Origin: Oikopleura dioica
Lineage: Eukaryota > Animalia > Chordata
Direction of reading: 5' to 3'
Assembly (NCBI GenBank): GCA_907165135.1
Contig: OU015566.1
Span: 2,604,001 to 2,668,000, forward strand
Length of the DNA stretch: 64,000 nucleotides
Part shown: one piece after another, positions 1-11,985 of the stretch
Layout of the letters: every line of letters begins with the position of its first letter
Position numbering within the stretch: the first letter of the stretch is position 1
The notes under the pieces: model-generated
What the model saw: the letters and a program-made list of their open reading frames with translations, nothing else
Databases searched by the model: none
What the model was told of the DNA's origin: nothing
Program-made: the position numbers and the translations under genes

Positions 1-821
1 CCTGCTCCACGGGCAGTTTCATCTTCACCAGCGACGTTGGCGTTAGCGATGTTATTCTTTCTGTTTGTCATGAACTCGGCAATATTGACAACTGAGAAGC
101 AGTATGCAGTACCAGCATGGTAGCTCGCAGAATGAGTGGTGCCAGCGGAACCAGCAAAGTTACCGACAACAGCAGCATTCATTTCAGTCGAGAATGCTCG
201 AAGAGATCCCCCAGCGACTCGAGCATTATTGACGTGAACACCAGCAACACTGACTTGGCGGATGAAATTCTTCTGAACAGGAACAAACAGTTTGCAAACT
301 GCACCAAGATGAACTTCTCCAACAACTGGCTTGCCTCCCTCGGCAGCAGCGCCCTTATCTTCACCGGAGAAAGATCCTCTGGTAAGGGAGAGCATATTCC
401 AACCATTACTAGCGTTCACATCGGCCGGATTAGTATTGGCTCCGAAATTTCCACCAGTAGCGAGTACTTGGTAGTTAGCAGCTCCGCTCGTCCAAAGACC
501 AAGTTTATGAAGATTATCAGAGGTATCACCGGCCTTTGAATGGTACCAAGGGAAATGTCGCTGGAAACCGCAGCTTCCCCAGTCATTTTGAACAGTGCTT
601 GTTCCTTTGTGGGACTCAGAAGCAGCGCCCGCGTTTGCTTCCCAAGCCTTGCAAGCATAAGACTCCTGTGGAACAAGAGTGGTTGCTGGATCAACCGGAG
701 AAAATGGAGATTTTTCGCTCAAGACCTCAATACAAGTATCGTGAGGGACTCCAAAGTCGTCGTATGGGCAGCACGCATAGTCGGCTGCGGCGACAGACAA
801 AACAGATGCTAATAACTTCAT
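1..821 (-). CDS. Secreted Cys-containing protein, oikosin/house-protein-like (3' end runs off the window)
   Basis: Manual translation from ATG at 821: MKLLASVLSVAAADYACCPYDDFGVPHDTC...WGSCGFQRHFPW...GAVCKLFVPV...AYCFSVVNIAEF. Open frame to base 1 with a signal peptide; absent from the ORF track because there is no stop. The oikosin-like label is inference. Confidence 0.85.
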   Translation of the reverse strand, partial: MKLLASVLSVAAADYACCPYDDFGVPHDTCIEVLSEKSPFSPVDPATTLVPQESYACKAWEANAGAASESHKGTSTVQNDWGSCGFQRHFPWYHSKAGDTSDNLHKLGLWTSGAANYQVLATGGNFGANTNPADVNASNGWNMLSLTRGSFSGEDKGAAAEGGKPVVGEVHLGAVCKLFVPVQKNFIRQVSVAGVHVNNARVAGGSLRAFSTEMNAAVVGNFAGSAGTTHSASYHAGTAYCFSVVNIAEFMTNRKNNIANANVAGEDETARGA

Positions 822-900
822 CCTTAATTATTTGATATCAGACGGTGAACTTTGATTAGAATCAAGGTCCGATCTTTCGTTAACGAAATTCATGCGTTAA

Positions 901-1265
901 GGGGGTAGAACTAGGTTTTTCGAAAATAGCCAATTCGAAACCGGCGCTCAAAGCCAGGCGAGCTAAGATATTCAAATTCTCTCTTAGGCTGTAGATCCAG
1001 CAAATGTAGATCTAGCAACATTTTTCTTAAAAATTTTTTTCGTCAATGGATTTTTGCGGAAAGGATCGAAACGTCAACGCATCTCTTCAAAAATTGCGAT
1101 TTTAGCCCATTCGCGTCCTCAAATTTCTAGATTCACGTGACGAGCCAAATTTTTTCTATTCCATTTTAAGATAGTTTAACCCTTTTTCTAGCAACATCTT
1201 ATTTTTTTCTTATTTGAAGTGGCTCTCGAAAATCACTTTTATTCGGAAAATCTAGTTCTATCCCC
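901..1265. mobile_element. Non-autonomous DNA transposon (MITE) with TTAA TSD and GG termini
   Basis: TTAA at 897-900 and 1266-1269. Left end GGGGGTAGAACTAGGTTTTTCGAA matches the reverse complement of the right end TTCGGAAAATCTAGTTCTATCCCC with a few mismatches. Confidence 0.75.
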
Positions 1266-3382
1266 TTAATGCATTAGATTTATATTTATGATTTGATATA
1301 ATGATTAATTTGGTATTTTTTAAAGCCGAGCCGTCTGAAAATTTAATATCATCATTAATTAGAATAAATAGAAATTTTGGTGTACAAAGCAATTTTAATA
1401 ATTTGGACTGATTTGCGTTCAAAAGCAAAAATTAATGCTTTCAGGCATCATGAATTTCGATATTATTTATGTTTTATATATTAAAAATTGACAAGCTTTA
1501 AATTTTTGATTTATCTTCAGATAAAAAATCTTCTACATTGATCAATAAATAAATTCTCTTGATCGGACCTCTCTCAGAATAAAAAGACTTACGTTCTGGT
1601 GAATGAACTAAATAGGCCCTATCCGATTCTTATATAGTAACAAGCATTTAAGAAGCCCTCCAATCAATAACTCTGGTTTTGAACCGCCCAACCGTAAGCT
1701 GTAGGGGAACTTCATTTTACCAATCACCATCTCTGGTCAGAGGCAGAGGAATATTTCAGAGGAAAATATTCTAGTGCTCCACCTGACCAATCACGATCAA
1801 TGGTCATTTTAACCAGAGATTTTTATTCGCGAGCACTGAGAATGGCGCAAAACCAGAGCTTTCTATTCGCACGCTCTCTAAATGTCGCAGGACCAGAAGT
1901 TCTAATTCGCTGAGAAGCACAAACTCAATAAAAAACTAACGGACAAATCAGAAGCTCTGGCCACGGTTAGCTACGACATCAGATTAGTGAGAATCACGTG
2001 TGGTGGTGAATAATTATCCACTTCGGACATGGAGGACCTTCTGACTTACTACCGGTGAGCTGACTTTTTGCCCAGTTCTTCAAGTGCTCAACCAAAGAAA
2101 CTTATTTGGAGCCTTAAAAGTGCGAAAACGGGATGAAATCAAAGTGTATCAAAGTTAATTTAAGACGTTGTGGCCATAAAACTTTAATCATGAGGATAAA
2201 AATGATGCGCATTGATGCTGTCGGTACCAGAGGTCCTGATTGGCGGATCTTCAGAGAGGACTCTTAAGCAGAGGATAAGCAAAGTACGGTGACCAGAGCT
2301 TGTGATTGGATAAAAGAAGACTCGTTTTAATCAACCAGACCTACCGATTCGGCAATTCTGAAATGCTGAGATGGTTAAGACGGTTTTGCGTAAAAGGGCA
2401 GATCTTTTTAAACAGCTCATCAAAAAGCATACAATTTATTTGTTTAAAAATAAGTTTAGCAATAAATGTGTAGATTAGAAAAATAAAAGAACTTAAAAAT
2501 CAGGACTCTGACGATTCGGGAATCAACGCAATAATAAAATTTCGATTATTGATAACAATTCCAGAAAATGTGTTTTTGATGGAGAGTAATCATGTTGCTC
2601 ATGTTGCCTTTGTAACCCTTGATGCCATTATCAGGTTTTACAAGGTTTCCCACGTTTAGACACAGGGACAAGGCGCGCGGTGTGTTCTAATGTGAGTTTA
2701 CCTGAAAAAAGTTGATGGAGCATGCAGCAAGCCATTGCAGTGTTAAGACCGCGCAGATATTTAGAAGTCTCGCCGAGCGCCCGGGTCAACTGACTTCACC
2801 CCTTATCAGCTTCCAGATAATTTTTTCGTTCTTTTGGGAACTTGAGTCTGGTCAAAATCAAACGGGCTTTTTCATGAGCTATTTATTTGTTTTGAAGATG
2901 ATTTCTTCGGTCTTTATATCAATTTTCAGTTCACATTCGCCTTCCGTTCAATATCTCGTGAAAAGAATATGATATGAAAGAATGAAAAATATGGAAAAAA
3001 AAAAGATTATTTTAAATTACATTGTATATTAGATCTCTAATTTTCAAAAACTTTTATCAATCTTGAGATTGTACGATGGCTTAAAATAAGCGAACCGGGC
3101 CGTGTATCCTTTTAGAGATCTCTGAAATAAGATAGAGCGGGGCGTATATCCGTAAATGGGTCAGATCGTCGAGAATTTTAAGTAGAATCAAAAGATAAGT
3201 TATCTTAGATAACTTATATTGAGATTTTTCTTAGTTCTGATGAAAACGACGGCATTTTCTTATCTCGTCCAAAATGATAAATAGCAAGTCGTTAAGAGGC
3301 ACCAGGACGGTGTTATTTTCATTTAATCAACAAAGCATAGTTACTTGACGACTTGTTATTTATCATTGTGGCAGCGTTATCC

Positions 3383-3389
3383 TATAAAA
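3383..3389 (+). promoter_or_regulatory. TATA box of the 3475 gene
   Basis: TATAAAA about 90 nt upstream of ATG 3475. Confidence 0.5.
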
Positions 3390-3474
3390 GAAAAAAGTGT
3401 CGTCTTTTTCATCAGAACTTATAAGAGTCTCAGTATAAGTAATCTTTTGATTTGTACTTAAAACTCGACGAATC

Positions 3475-4380
3475 ATGAAACTTTTCGCTGCAACTTTGGC
3501 CATCGCCTCCGCTCAGGACTTTGCTGCTTCCGAAGCTGGAGATGATGCACGAACCTTCTCCTTCGGGGATTCTGCTTTCGACTACGGAGAAAGTGCTTAC
3601 GCCGGATTCGATAGCGGAGCCTTCTACGACTCAGCCTACGGCAGCGATTACAACTCTCTTTCTGCTGCTTACAACTACGACGACGCCGACGCTGCCGCCG
3701 CTGACGCTGATGCCGCTGTCGCCGACGAGGCGGGACGAGACAAAGACGAAGCTCGATACTTCGGAGTTGTGCAGGCCACCACTACGTCGCCGACCACTCA
3801 GACTTTCACCACCACTTCCAGAATCACTAAACACTGCATCAAGTGCGACGTTATGACCCCAGCAAAGTGCGCCGTTGTTGGTCAAACCAACGATGAGGTC
3901 AACCAGCCATGCGAAAATGGCGAGGTTTGCTTCCTCGAAGTCCGACGAAGTCATCAAGCTGATAAGTTGACCCAGATCTGCACTGGCTGCAAGAACGCTC
4001 AAGCTTGCTGGGACCTCAAGCAACAGAACTCGATCACAGGAGCTAAAGCTTTAAGAAACCTCGCACAGTGTCATCAGATGCACACCAGCGGCAACCGAAT
4101 CCCACGACTTGGCTCGATCGCTTCCGTTTGCCGAACTTGCTTTGCCCCTTCAACTTCTGCTTACGCCTCCACCTCCGATGCTAACAAGCCAAATCAATTC
4201 TTCGCTGGTAACTCCGACGGAAACTCATTCACCATTCCCAACGGCAGCGGTGTTTCGGCAACTGTGACGCTTTACGGAAGCAATGATGCCACATTCAACG
4301 ACATCTGGTTCACCAACCGACACGGACTCTCTTCTACATCCAGCTACGATCTTGACTTCTCTCTTCCTATTCTCTCATAA
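3475..4380 (+). CDS. Intronless secreted protein: signal peptide, Asp/Ala/Tyr-rich linker, Thr run, Cys-rich domain (oikosin-like)
   Basis: 301-aa ORF MKLFAATLAIASAQ...; Cys domain CIKC...C...C...CFLEVRR...ICTGCK...AC...QC...VCRTCF. Confidence 0.85.
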   Translation: MKLFAATLAIASAQDFAASEAGDDARTFSFGDSAFDYGESAYAGFDSGAFYDSAYGSDYNSLSAAYNYDDADAAAADADAAVADEAGRDKDEARYFGVVQATTTSPTTQTFTTTSRITKHCIKCDVMTPAKCAVVGQTNDEVNQPCENGEVCFLEVRRSHQADKLTQICTGCKNAQACWDLKQQNSITGAKALRNLAQCHQMHTSGNRIPRLGSIASVCRTCFAPSTSAYASTSDANKPNQFFAGNSDGNSFTIPNGSGVSATVTLYGSNDATFNDIWFTNRHGLSSTSSYDLDFSLPILS

Positions 4381-4903
4381 TTATTCATTTCGTGAATAAT
4401 TTTACGAAAAAATTGGCTCGGCAAAATGATTCTGTACTCCTTATTTTCCTTATTTCTGGTGATATCTTAAAAAAAATAAAACAATCTCGCATATTTAAAA
4501 AAATGATATTTGTTTCTTTAGGGTGTTTTCAGTAAGGGAGTTATTGTATTTCTTCGCGTAAATTCAAAGATAAAGAGCAAATTTAGCATTAAAATATTTT
4601 CCTGCAAATTTAAAAAAATAAGCCATAGCCTGTGTCCCATAGGGGTTTATGATACAGATTCTAGTTAAATCGGCAAAAGAAATATTTTGGAATTGACCAA
4701 GCCACAAAAAATCACAACAAGAATTTAAAATGATTTGACATTTTTCAAAAAAAAACGAAAAAGGATAAATCTGAAATAAAAATTTCGAAAATTGTGTGTA
4801 CCCGGGTTATCCCAAGAGAATTTCATAGCTTGTTTTTGGCGATTTCAAAATATCAGCTTTTCTTTCGTTCGAATCTCTGAATTATCTTGATAAAAAGAGA
4901 AAA

Positions 4904-6190
4904 ATGGAAAGTTCTGTCAAAGACTTTGTTTTTATTTTGATATTTTGTTTCGTCGTTTTATGGGCAAACACTTTGAACCTGCCGCAAGATAAAGCTGAGA
5001 ATTTCATTGCACCCTTTTTTCAAACTCAAGAATCGGATACGGAAGATGTGATCAACTTTCCGGTAGATGAAGCGACTAAAGAAAGCAGAATTTTCAAAAC
5101 CTTTGTGAAGAAAAGAAAACACATCAATTTCGTCTGCGAGCGATTGAGACAAATTATAAATCTGTATCAGGACAAATCCGCGACTTCTTTGAAACTCATG
5201 AAATACCAGAAAAATATAAATAATTTCGGAAAAGACTATATTCCATGCAAGCCAATTACCCATCCGCTTGGATTGCCTGACAATCTCTTCAAAAACGAAA
5301 GTAAGCGCAACGTCGCAAAGTCGAGATAATTACTAATTGACCTGTTTTAGAGTATAAATTAAGAACATGTCTTCCGACCAAAACCGGAAGCACTAGCTGG
5401 CTTAAAGCGCTTAGCTCTCTTAAATTTTCTGATGGAATGTGGAGTCCCAATGTTATTGAGCATGGATCACTAAAATTGAGATAAGAGTCCTCTTCTTAAA
5501 ATAAGAAAAAAATGCCAAAAAAAATATAATTTAAGAAAAACATAAAATCTGACCCGCTTTTCTAAGCTGTAATTGAAGATCCATGAAAAAGATAACGAGT
5601 GGTCATATCCAGAAAAAATGCATCGAAACGCATGGTTACTTGACGCTGATGACAGTACGTCATCCGATGGCGAGGCTCTATTCAGCGTGGAAGGATAAAT
5701 TTCGAAAAGGTCATGCATATCTTGGGACGATCGAAAATCAGTTCAAGTAGTATTTGACCAAGTTCGAGCGCCAAAACATGGAAAACTCGACCTATCAATA
5801 CTCGTTTGAAGCTTTCGTCGAAACTGTCGCTCTTTCCGATTTCGATGGACAAAGAGACCGCCACTGGCAGTCAATTCACACCTACTGCAATCCGTGCGCC
5901 ATCCCTTACGAATTCATTATAAAACAAGAATATGCCTCTGAAGAAAACGACTTTGCTTTGCGCGTGTTTGACTGAGAAGACAGATTTCAAAATCTTAAGA
6001 GCATTCCACAAATATCTTCGTGGGGCCGAGAGATGAAAAATAAGCCGATCGATGTAGACGAGATGCTTGAACACTGGAGAAATGTGAGCAAAAGAACAAT
6101 AAGAAGGATTTATAAATTATTTTTCATGGATTTCGTTTATTTTGACTACAGAATCGAGAAGTTCATTGCCGCTGGAAAAAATGGTTTAGT
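4904..6190 (+). CDS. Golgi carbohydrate sulfotransferase (Sulfotransfer_2 / CHST8-14-like) with two in-frame stops (possible pseudogene)
   Basis: N-terminal TM anchor; 5'-PSB CLPTKTGSTSW (~5368-5400); 3'-PSB VRHPMARLYSAWKDKF; DRHWQSIHTYCNPC; C-terminal YKLFFMDFVYFDY. TAG at 5748-5750 and TGA at 5973-5975 lie in the same frame. The 3' end may extend to ~6590. Confidence 0.8.
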
Positions 6191-6854
6191 CAAAATTATC
6201 GAAATTCATTCTACGATTAATACGATTTTAGATGACGGAGAGCTGGAGTCATTGAGAAAAGTGCTCAAAAAGAGGATCGATCTCCAGGGATCATTAATAA
6301 GGTGGAGAGAGACAAGTCATTGCACTGGAAACTTCCCGGAAGCATGTCAATTTGTAGAGTTCCCAGGATACATTCTTTCGTGCTCAATTCAATTGTCAAC
6401 ACAGGATTTTGAAGGTTTCTAAAATAATTTTAACTTTTCAAGAATTTTTTTTAGAGGCGAAAAAGAGGGCATGTCAATATCATCCAGACGAAGGAATTCA
6501 TGGAATCGGAATAAACGATGGAAGTTACTGCCTCGCTACAATTGATGATAAATTAATGAAAACAGATGATAATCGAACGATAGGATGAGTGCGAAGGGAG
6601 CTACCAATTATTATTACGGAGAGCTTTCAACCCGGTTATTTTTCACGAATTCTGATAAGACACCAAAATAAACAAAGCTTAAACCTAACCGGCCAATTTC
6701 ATCCGTTAACATATTTTCCGAAAAATAACTTTGAAATTTGTAAATAAAAAACTGGCGCATGAAGAAATCCCTTACGTTCAAGAATAAACTCGATGCGAAT
6801 TTGCTCACATGTTTTTTTTTTGTCGAGTGATACAGTCAATTACGCTCTCTCAAA

Positions 6855-8238
6855 ATGAAATCTTTTGCTTTGTCAACTCTTTCATTTTCTGCTGCAGAGA
6901 CTCTTGTCCCGGTCACTCCTCCTCCTCTTTGTCCGTAGGTTCAAAAAAAATCTTCGTATTTTTGAACAATTGAAATTTCCCAAGAGATTTGGACAAGAAC
7001 GAAATCTGCAGTACAGAATGCTCAGATGCTCGGGACAGTTGCTACAGTGGATGTGGAAATGATTACACTTGCGCGAATCGCTGCAATGTCGTTTGGTTGG
7101 ATTGTCTTGAAACTTGCCCTTGCTCATCTGGCTGCCCAGACGGTTGTGATGGCTGCCCGCATCCAGTTTGCGAGTCAACCGAGCAGTATCTTTTCATGAT
7201 CAACTACGACTGGAGTTTTGATAATAAAGCTCTTTTATTGAGACTTTCCGATGATACCTTTATCGAATCGAGTTTCAACTATCGATTCGACATCATGGAC
7301 GTCGACGATGCCTGCTACTCGTACATCAAGGGCAACCACTACTTTCTCGGCGGATACTACAATCCCCGAGCGATAATCAAGGTCACCGACTGCGAGTTCA
7401 AATTGCAAGACGACGAGTTGATGGTTCCGCATATCGATGGGATGTGGGGATCCTGCACTAGTAAGAAAGCAGAAATTGATAAAAATATCACTGTTTTTTA
7501 TTCAGCGTATTTTGATCAGGCGCATCTTTGTTTCTCCGAAGATGGAGTAGGGGCGAAAAAATGTCAAAGATTCGATGGAGAAAATCAAGAAACAGACATT
7601 TCAGCTTCAAGTTTTGGGTCAAAAATGAAAAAAAAAAGATCAATTGTATTTTTTTATTTTGGTGTTCATTTTTTCAATAATCTACGAGAAATCTTGACCC
7701 AAGAATCAAGGCATCCTCATGATTGGACTGCGATGGCGGTTTATGACAACAAAATGTGGGTCGTCGGAGGCTGCGATCCAGACGACTTTTCCGCCTGCCA
7801 CAATCACGTCGAATACTACATTCACAACAACTACTCGTGGTTTTCCGGACCGGAGCATCCGGCTGAAAAAGTTTATGGAGGACTTGTTCTTGGAGACGCT
7901 TCTGGTTTGTATACTTTTGCCGGGCGAGGACCAAACCAGGGTCGCTCCGTTTTCCGAATGAGAAGTGGCAGTTGGTCATTCTTGGGTCAAATGACTGCTG
8001 CTGCGGGATACTCGTATTATTTTTCAAGCGGAAAGATTGTCGGCAACTTCGCTTACGTCGGGGAAAAGTAAGAATAGTAAATTGAAAAATTATCTAAGGA
8101 AAACCTAGCAATTTCGAAAAAGTCAACCTCGAAGACGAAGCATTTCCTCTTTCGACGAACATTGGTCCAGAATACGAGTCCCTTAATCTTTACTACGCTG
8201 CTATGATTCTCACTGACCGACCAATTTGTATTGAATAA
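6855..8238 (+). CDS. Secreted protein with Cys-rich N-terminal module and kelch/galactose-oxidase-like beta-propeller repeats
   Basis: MKSFALSTLSFSAAE signal; CPCSSGCPDGCDGCPHPVC motif; kelch-like blades (YFLGGY, MWVVGGC...VEYY...W..GP, LYTFAG...W..LG); several short introns. Confidence 0.75.
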
Positions 8239-8480
8239 ATAAAATAAAATAACCAATTTGATGATTTTTCCAAATTGGTTCTATCTCTCTAGATAATTTT
8301 GACATGCTTCGCTCTGACCCTCAAAAATTTGTTTCACAATTCTAGTTTGTTTATATTTTGTTTGCGAAAAATCAATTTGAGATTTTGCGAGAAGAAATTT
8401 TTGTCTGTGATTTTAAATGCCCAAAATATCCTTTTGTTTTTGTATTGTCATTTTGTCCGAGCGCGATTTTATAGAGAGAA

Positions 8481-10003
8481 ATGTCCGATAAGCCGTTCCA
8501 TATCGTCGAATGTCCTCCAGGCTCGGTTCTTCCAAAAGAGTTGGAGAAACATATGAAGTTGAAGGAGACTCTTCCAAATGGCCTTCAAGTTCACACAATG
8601 GATATTCCGGAAGGAATGCAGGTTCCAGGGCCGAAGAGTTTAGCTTATCAACCGCAGTGGGTCGGAGGGGATCTGGCCCGCGAAATATCTCGATCATCTT
8701 TTACAGCGATTTCACCCCGCCATCCAGTGGAAATCGAGACGAAATTATAAACGCCTTGATGACTACCGCCAATTGTATTCTGATCAATGAGGCGAATCCA
8801 CACATGGTCAAGTTCAAAGTCAGAGGCAAACCTGCTTTTATCGATGTCATTCATTGTCAGTTCTTTCTTCTTTTGATGATTTTAAGGGACCCGGTTAGGC
8901 AACGCCGAGCTGAACTTCACGCGCCCGTCGTTACTCTTGTGAATAAGATTTTTCGAAAATTCTTTTTGCTAATGATATCTGCAGATCAACAGCTTTCTTA
9001 TCCAATTTTCAGTTTTGTCTATCATCACTCGTTCATGAGCCAGGTCCGAAAGAGGGAGCGCAACTTCAAAAGGGTGTTTGAAGAGCAATCTTTTTCAATC
9101 TTCATGAAAGCTGCATCATTGAAAAGCCCATTAAATTTTCTACAAATCTTACCTATCGCGCAAAAATGAAGCTGTATCTATTAGCGATACAGGTCAGATA
9201 AACAAAACTTCTTAGCGCGCGCCCAGCGGAATCATGTCCCGGGAGCCCGAAATAGCGTCCTGCAGCGCTGCGGCGTGCTGAGCGCGCTAAGTTCTCTAGT
9301 TTATCAGTCATTAATCCGCAATTAGTAATGTTTCATTTTTGCGCGATAAGTAAGATTTGTAGAGAATTTAATGGGCTTTTCAATGGTGCAGCTTTCATGA
9401 AGATTGAAAAAGATTGCTCTTCAAACACCCTTTGAAGTTGCGCTCCCTCTCTCGGACCTGGCTCATGAACGAGTGATGATAGACAAAAACTGAAAATTGG
9501 ATAAGAAAGCTGTTGATCTGCAGATATCATTTGCAAAAAGAATTTTCGAAAAATCTTATTCACAAGAGTAACTACGGACGCGTGAAGTTCAGCTCGGCGT
9601 TGACTAACCGGGTCCCTTAAGGACGAAGACAGTCAGCTGAGTATTCTTGGCTTCATCAGAGCTGTGTCAGATCAATTCGCCAAACAAGCAGGAGTAAGTC
9701 AATAAAATAATTAAAAATAACTGATTCGTATCTAGCGAAAAATCAATCTTTGGCGAGAAATCCCGTGCAAGTTGAATTTTTCGAGCAAATTCATGTTCAA
9801 AACGAATGGAAACCGTCAACTTTCGACTGGCTCACGCCTAAATGTGCGAAGGTGGGTTTCATGTGTGAAGCTCACAAGTTGAACAAGAAGCTGGAATTCA
9901 TCACCATGCGCGAGGTAAAAACAAGGACAGATAAAAAAATATTTAAATTTGTTTCCAGCAAAATGGATGGCGAGAAGGACTTGTTCGAGTCTTGAATGCA
10001 TAA
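8481..10003 (+). CDS. Hypothetical multi-exon protein; one intron enlarged by a foldback transposon; frame change near 8660-8750
   Basis: Coding-like segments at 8481-8845, 9622-9693, ~9735-9914 and 9959-10003 joined by GT-AG introns; no family recognised. Confidence 0.5.
8886..9616. mobile_element. Foldback MITE, ~280-bp inverted arms, TTAA TSD, GGGACC termini
   Basis: TTAA at 8882-8885 and 9617-9620; 8886-~9168 is a near-perfect reverse complement of ~9334-9616. Confidence 0.92.
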
Positions 10004-10179
10004 GAAAATAGTTCACTTTTTGGTCTTATCTCTTACACTGTCTTCCTTTACCAGCAACAAGATCAGAAACCTCATTCTTGCCTGGCAGGTTCTTACTAAA
10101 TTTTCAAACGATCTTGAATAAAATAAAATTTATTGAAATAAGAAAATATCGATTTGAGCGTATATGTTGTTCTTGCATA

Positions 10180-11985
10180 TCATTCATCTTCAGTTGCATC
10201 GTTTTTTACAAACTTACCATGATAGAATTATTAAGTTGATATTTGTTCTTTCATAAATATTTTGGTATCAAACTTACCTCCAGCGTTGTCACCCCATTGA
10301 GGATTGTGAGTATTGGTCCTGTTCCAAACGAAGCTATTGTAAGTTTCTCCAAGCTCATTGAGCGGATAAGGCGCAACGTTGCTATTGAGAGCGCCAAATT
10401 GAGTCTCGGTCAAGGAAGCCATCCAGTTGTATCGAACAACCCAGGGCATTTCTTCAAGCATCGGAAGCGTCTGTTTCATGTATTCGTGATGCTGCTCGTT
10501 TGGACAGTCCCACCAGCCGTTTCCGCAATTGAATTCGACTAGCCAAACAGGGTAGCCGAATTTAGCCTTGTAATGACTTTCTTAAAGTTGAAAATTGCGG
10601 AAACAAAAGTTATCTTCAGCGCCTTTTTCAAACTTTTCCTAAGGGTGTCTCTAAGCAACTTTGGCTCGCAATTGCAGTGAACTCCCTGTTGTCCTCCGTT
10701 GATATTATACTCATGGACATTGAGAGCATCAATTCTGATGTTTTCCGGCAAGTTGAAATAGAAATCCTCTCCCCAACGCATCGCGCCATCTTTTGAAGCG
10801 ATCGAAGGGCCAACAATCTTGATCTCGTCGGTCGAGACGTTGTGATTGCCAGCATGTTCTTCCACTCGTTTCCAGAAGGAAGGCCAAAGGGCACGGGCGT
10901 TGGGGACGGTGAGATTCGCTTGGTTATCTCCGTATGGCTCATTCAAGTAGCCCATCCACTTTTCGCCGGTTTTCAGAACCTCATTGTCTAAAAATTCATT
11001 AAAGTTGCTGACTCGCGAGAATTCGCGGTGCTACGAGAGCGTAGATACAGCGCTAAAGAGTCCCGTTATGCGCAATAAGCGCTGCGGCGCGGTAAGTCTA
11101 GAGAAATAAAGCGCATTTTGGACATTGAGAAACGCGCAGAGACCCTGCCGCTGCGCTTATTGCGCATAACGGGACTCTTTAGCGCTGTATCTAGCGATTT
11201 GTACGCCTTTTGACTAAGTTCCGAAATCGGTGGAAAATCGAGCTGGTTCACTTACTTCTTGGGAAATAATATTTCGGATGAGTGCAAGTATTCTCTCCCC
11301 ATGGAACACTACCGCAAGTTTCCTGATCACAAGTTCCATCTCCATATCTCGTGTCAGTATCCTGCCTACATCTCGGATAGCTCATGATCGGCCAGACATG
11401 CATATTCTCCGCCAAAAGCTCTTCATCCCCTTCGTTTTGAAACGACCACCAAACATGGCTCAGCGCTCCGAATTTGATCCATCCGATCGTCGGATTTTCC
11501 GGATTTTTATGAGGAGTGTTGTATTGACGAACAAATTCAGCCTGATCAGGGTGGTTCCAAATCGCCATCCCTCGCTTGATACCCGGCGCTGGAATTTCAT
11601 CGGGAACCTCGCAGCTGACTTTCAGGCCGTTTTCCATGTCCCAGTCGGACCAGAAGTAGTTCATCAAGAATCCAGGGGATGGAGCTCGCCTTTTCGGCAG
11701 AGAAGCTCGGCGAAAACTGGGGCGGTTCCCTAAATTTTCAAAGAAGAAATTTCAAGTTCATGGTAATAATAAAAATACCTCAGAAACACATTGCAGGGTG
11801 CACATGCTTTCTTCTGGTATAAACTCCCCCTCTGCGCATTTGATATCATCGGAAAACTTGGCGATGGTCAGATTGTTCGTATTACAGTCAGTTCCGCTCA
11901 ATCCTTCTACGACTCTCTTGTTGTACTTGTAATTTGGATCTCTTTGCGCAAGCGCACTGGAAAGAACGAAATTTGAAAGCTTCAT
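10180..11985 (-). CDS. Secreted GH128 (Glyco_hydro_cc)-like beta-1,3-glucanase with an N-terminal sushi-like Cys module
   Basis: Signal MKLSNFVLSSALAQ; catalytic-type motifs WMGYLNEP, LNVHEY, GYPVWLVEF, YMKQTLPMLEEMPWVVRYNW; apparent 1-nt frameshift near 11668. The 3' end coordinate is approximate. Confidence 0.75.
11044..11191. mobile_element. 148-bp hairpin MITE flanked by TA (Tc1/mariner-type), inside a GH128 intron
   Basis: Arms 11044-11088 and 11147-11191 (GATACAGCGCTAAAGAGTCCCGTTATGCGCAATAAGCGC...) with one mismatch; TA at 11042-43 and 11192-93. Confidence 0.85.

Noticed and set aside
117-835. Plus-strand and short minus-strand ORFs listed in the track
   Set aside because: They are shadows of the longer minus-strand frame 821 to <1, which has a signal peptide and a consistent open frame.
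8897-9563. Duplicated ORF text (8510-9169 + and 9333-9563 -) as a gene pair
   Set aside because: It arises from the two arms of the foldback MITE and is not a real paralog pair.
11655-11680. Frameshift in the GH128 gene as evidence of pseudogenisation
   Set aside because: One extra T in GATTCTTGATG restores the frame and all catalytic motifs are intact; it cannot be told from an assembly indel without reads.
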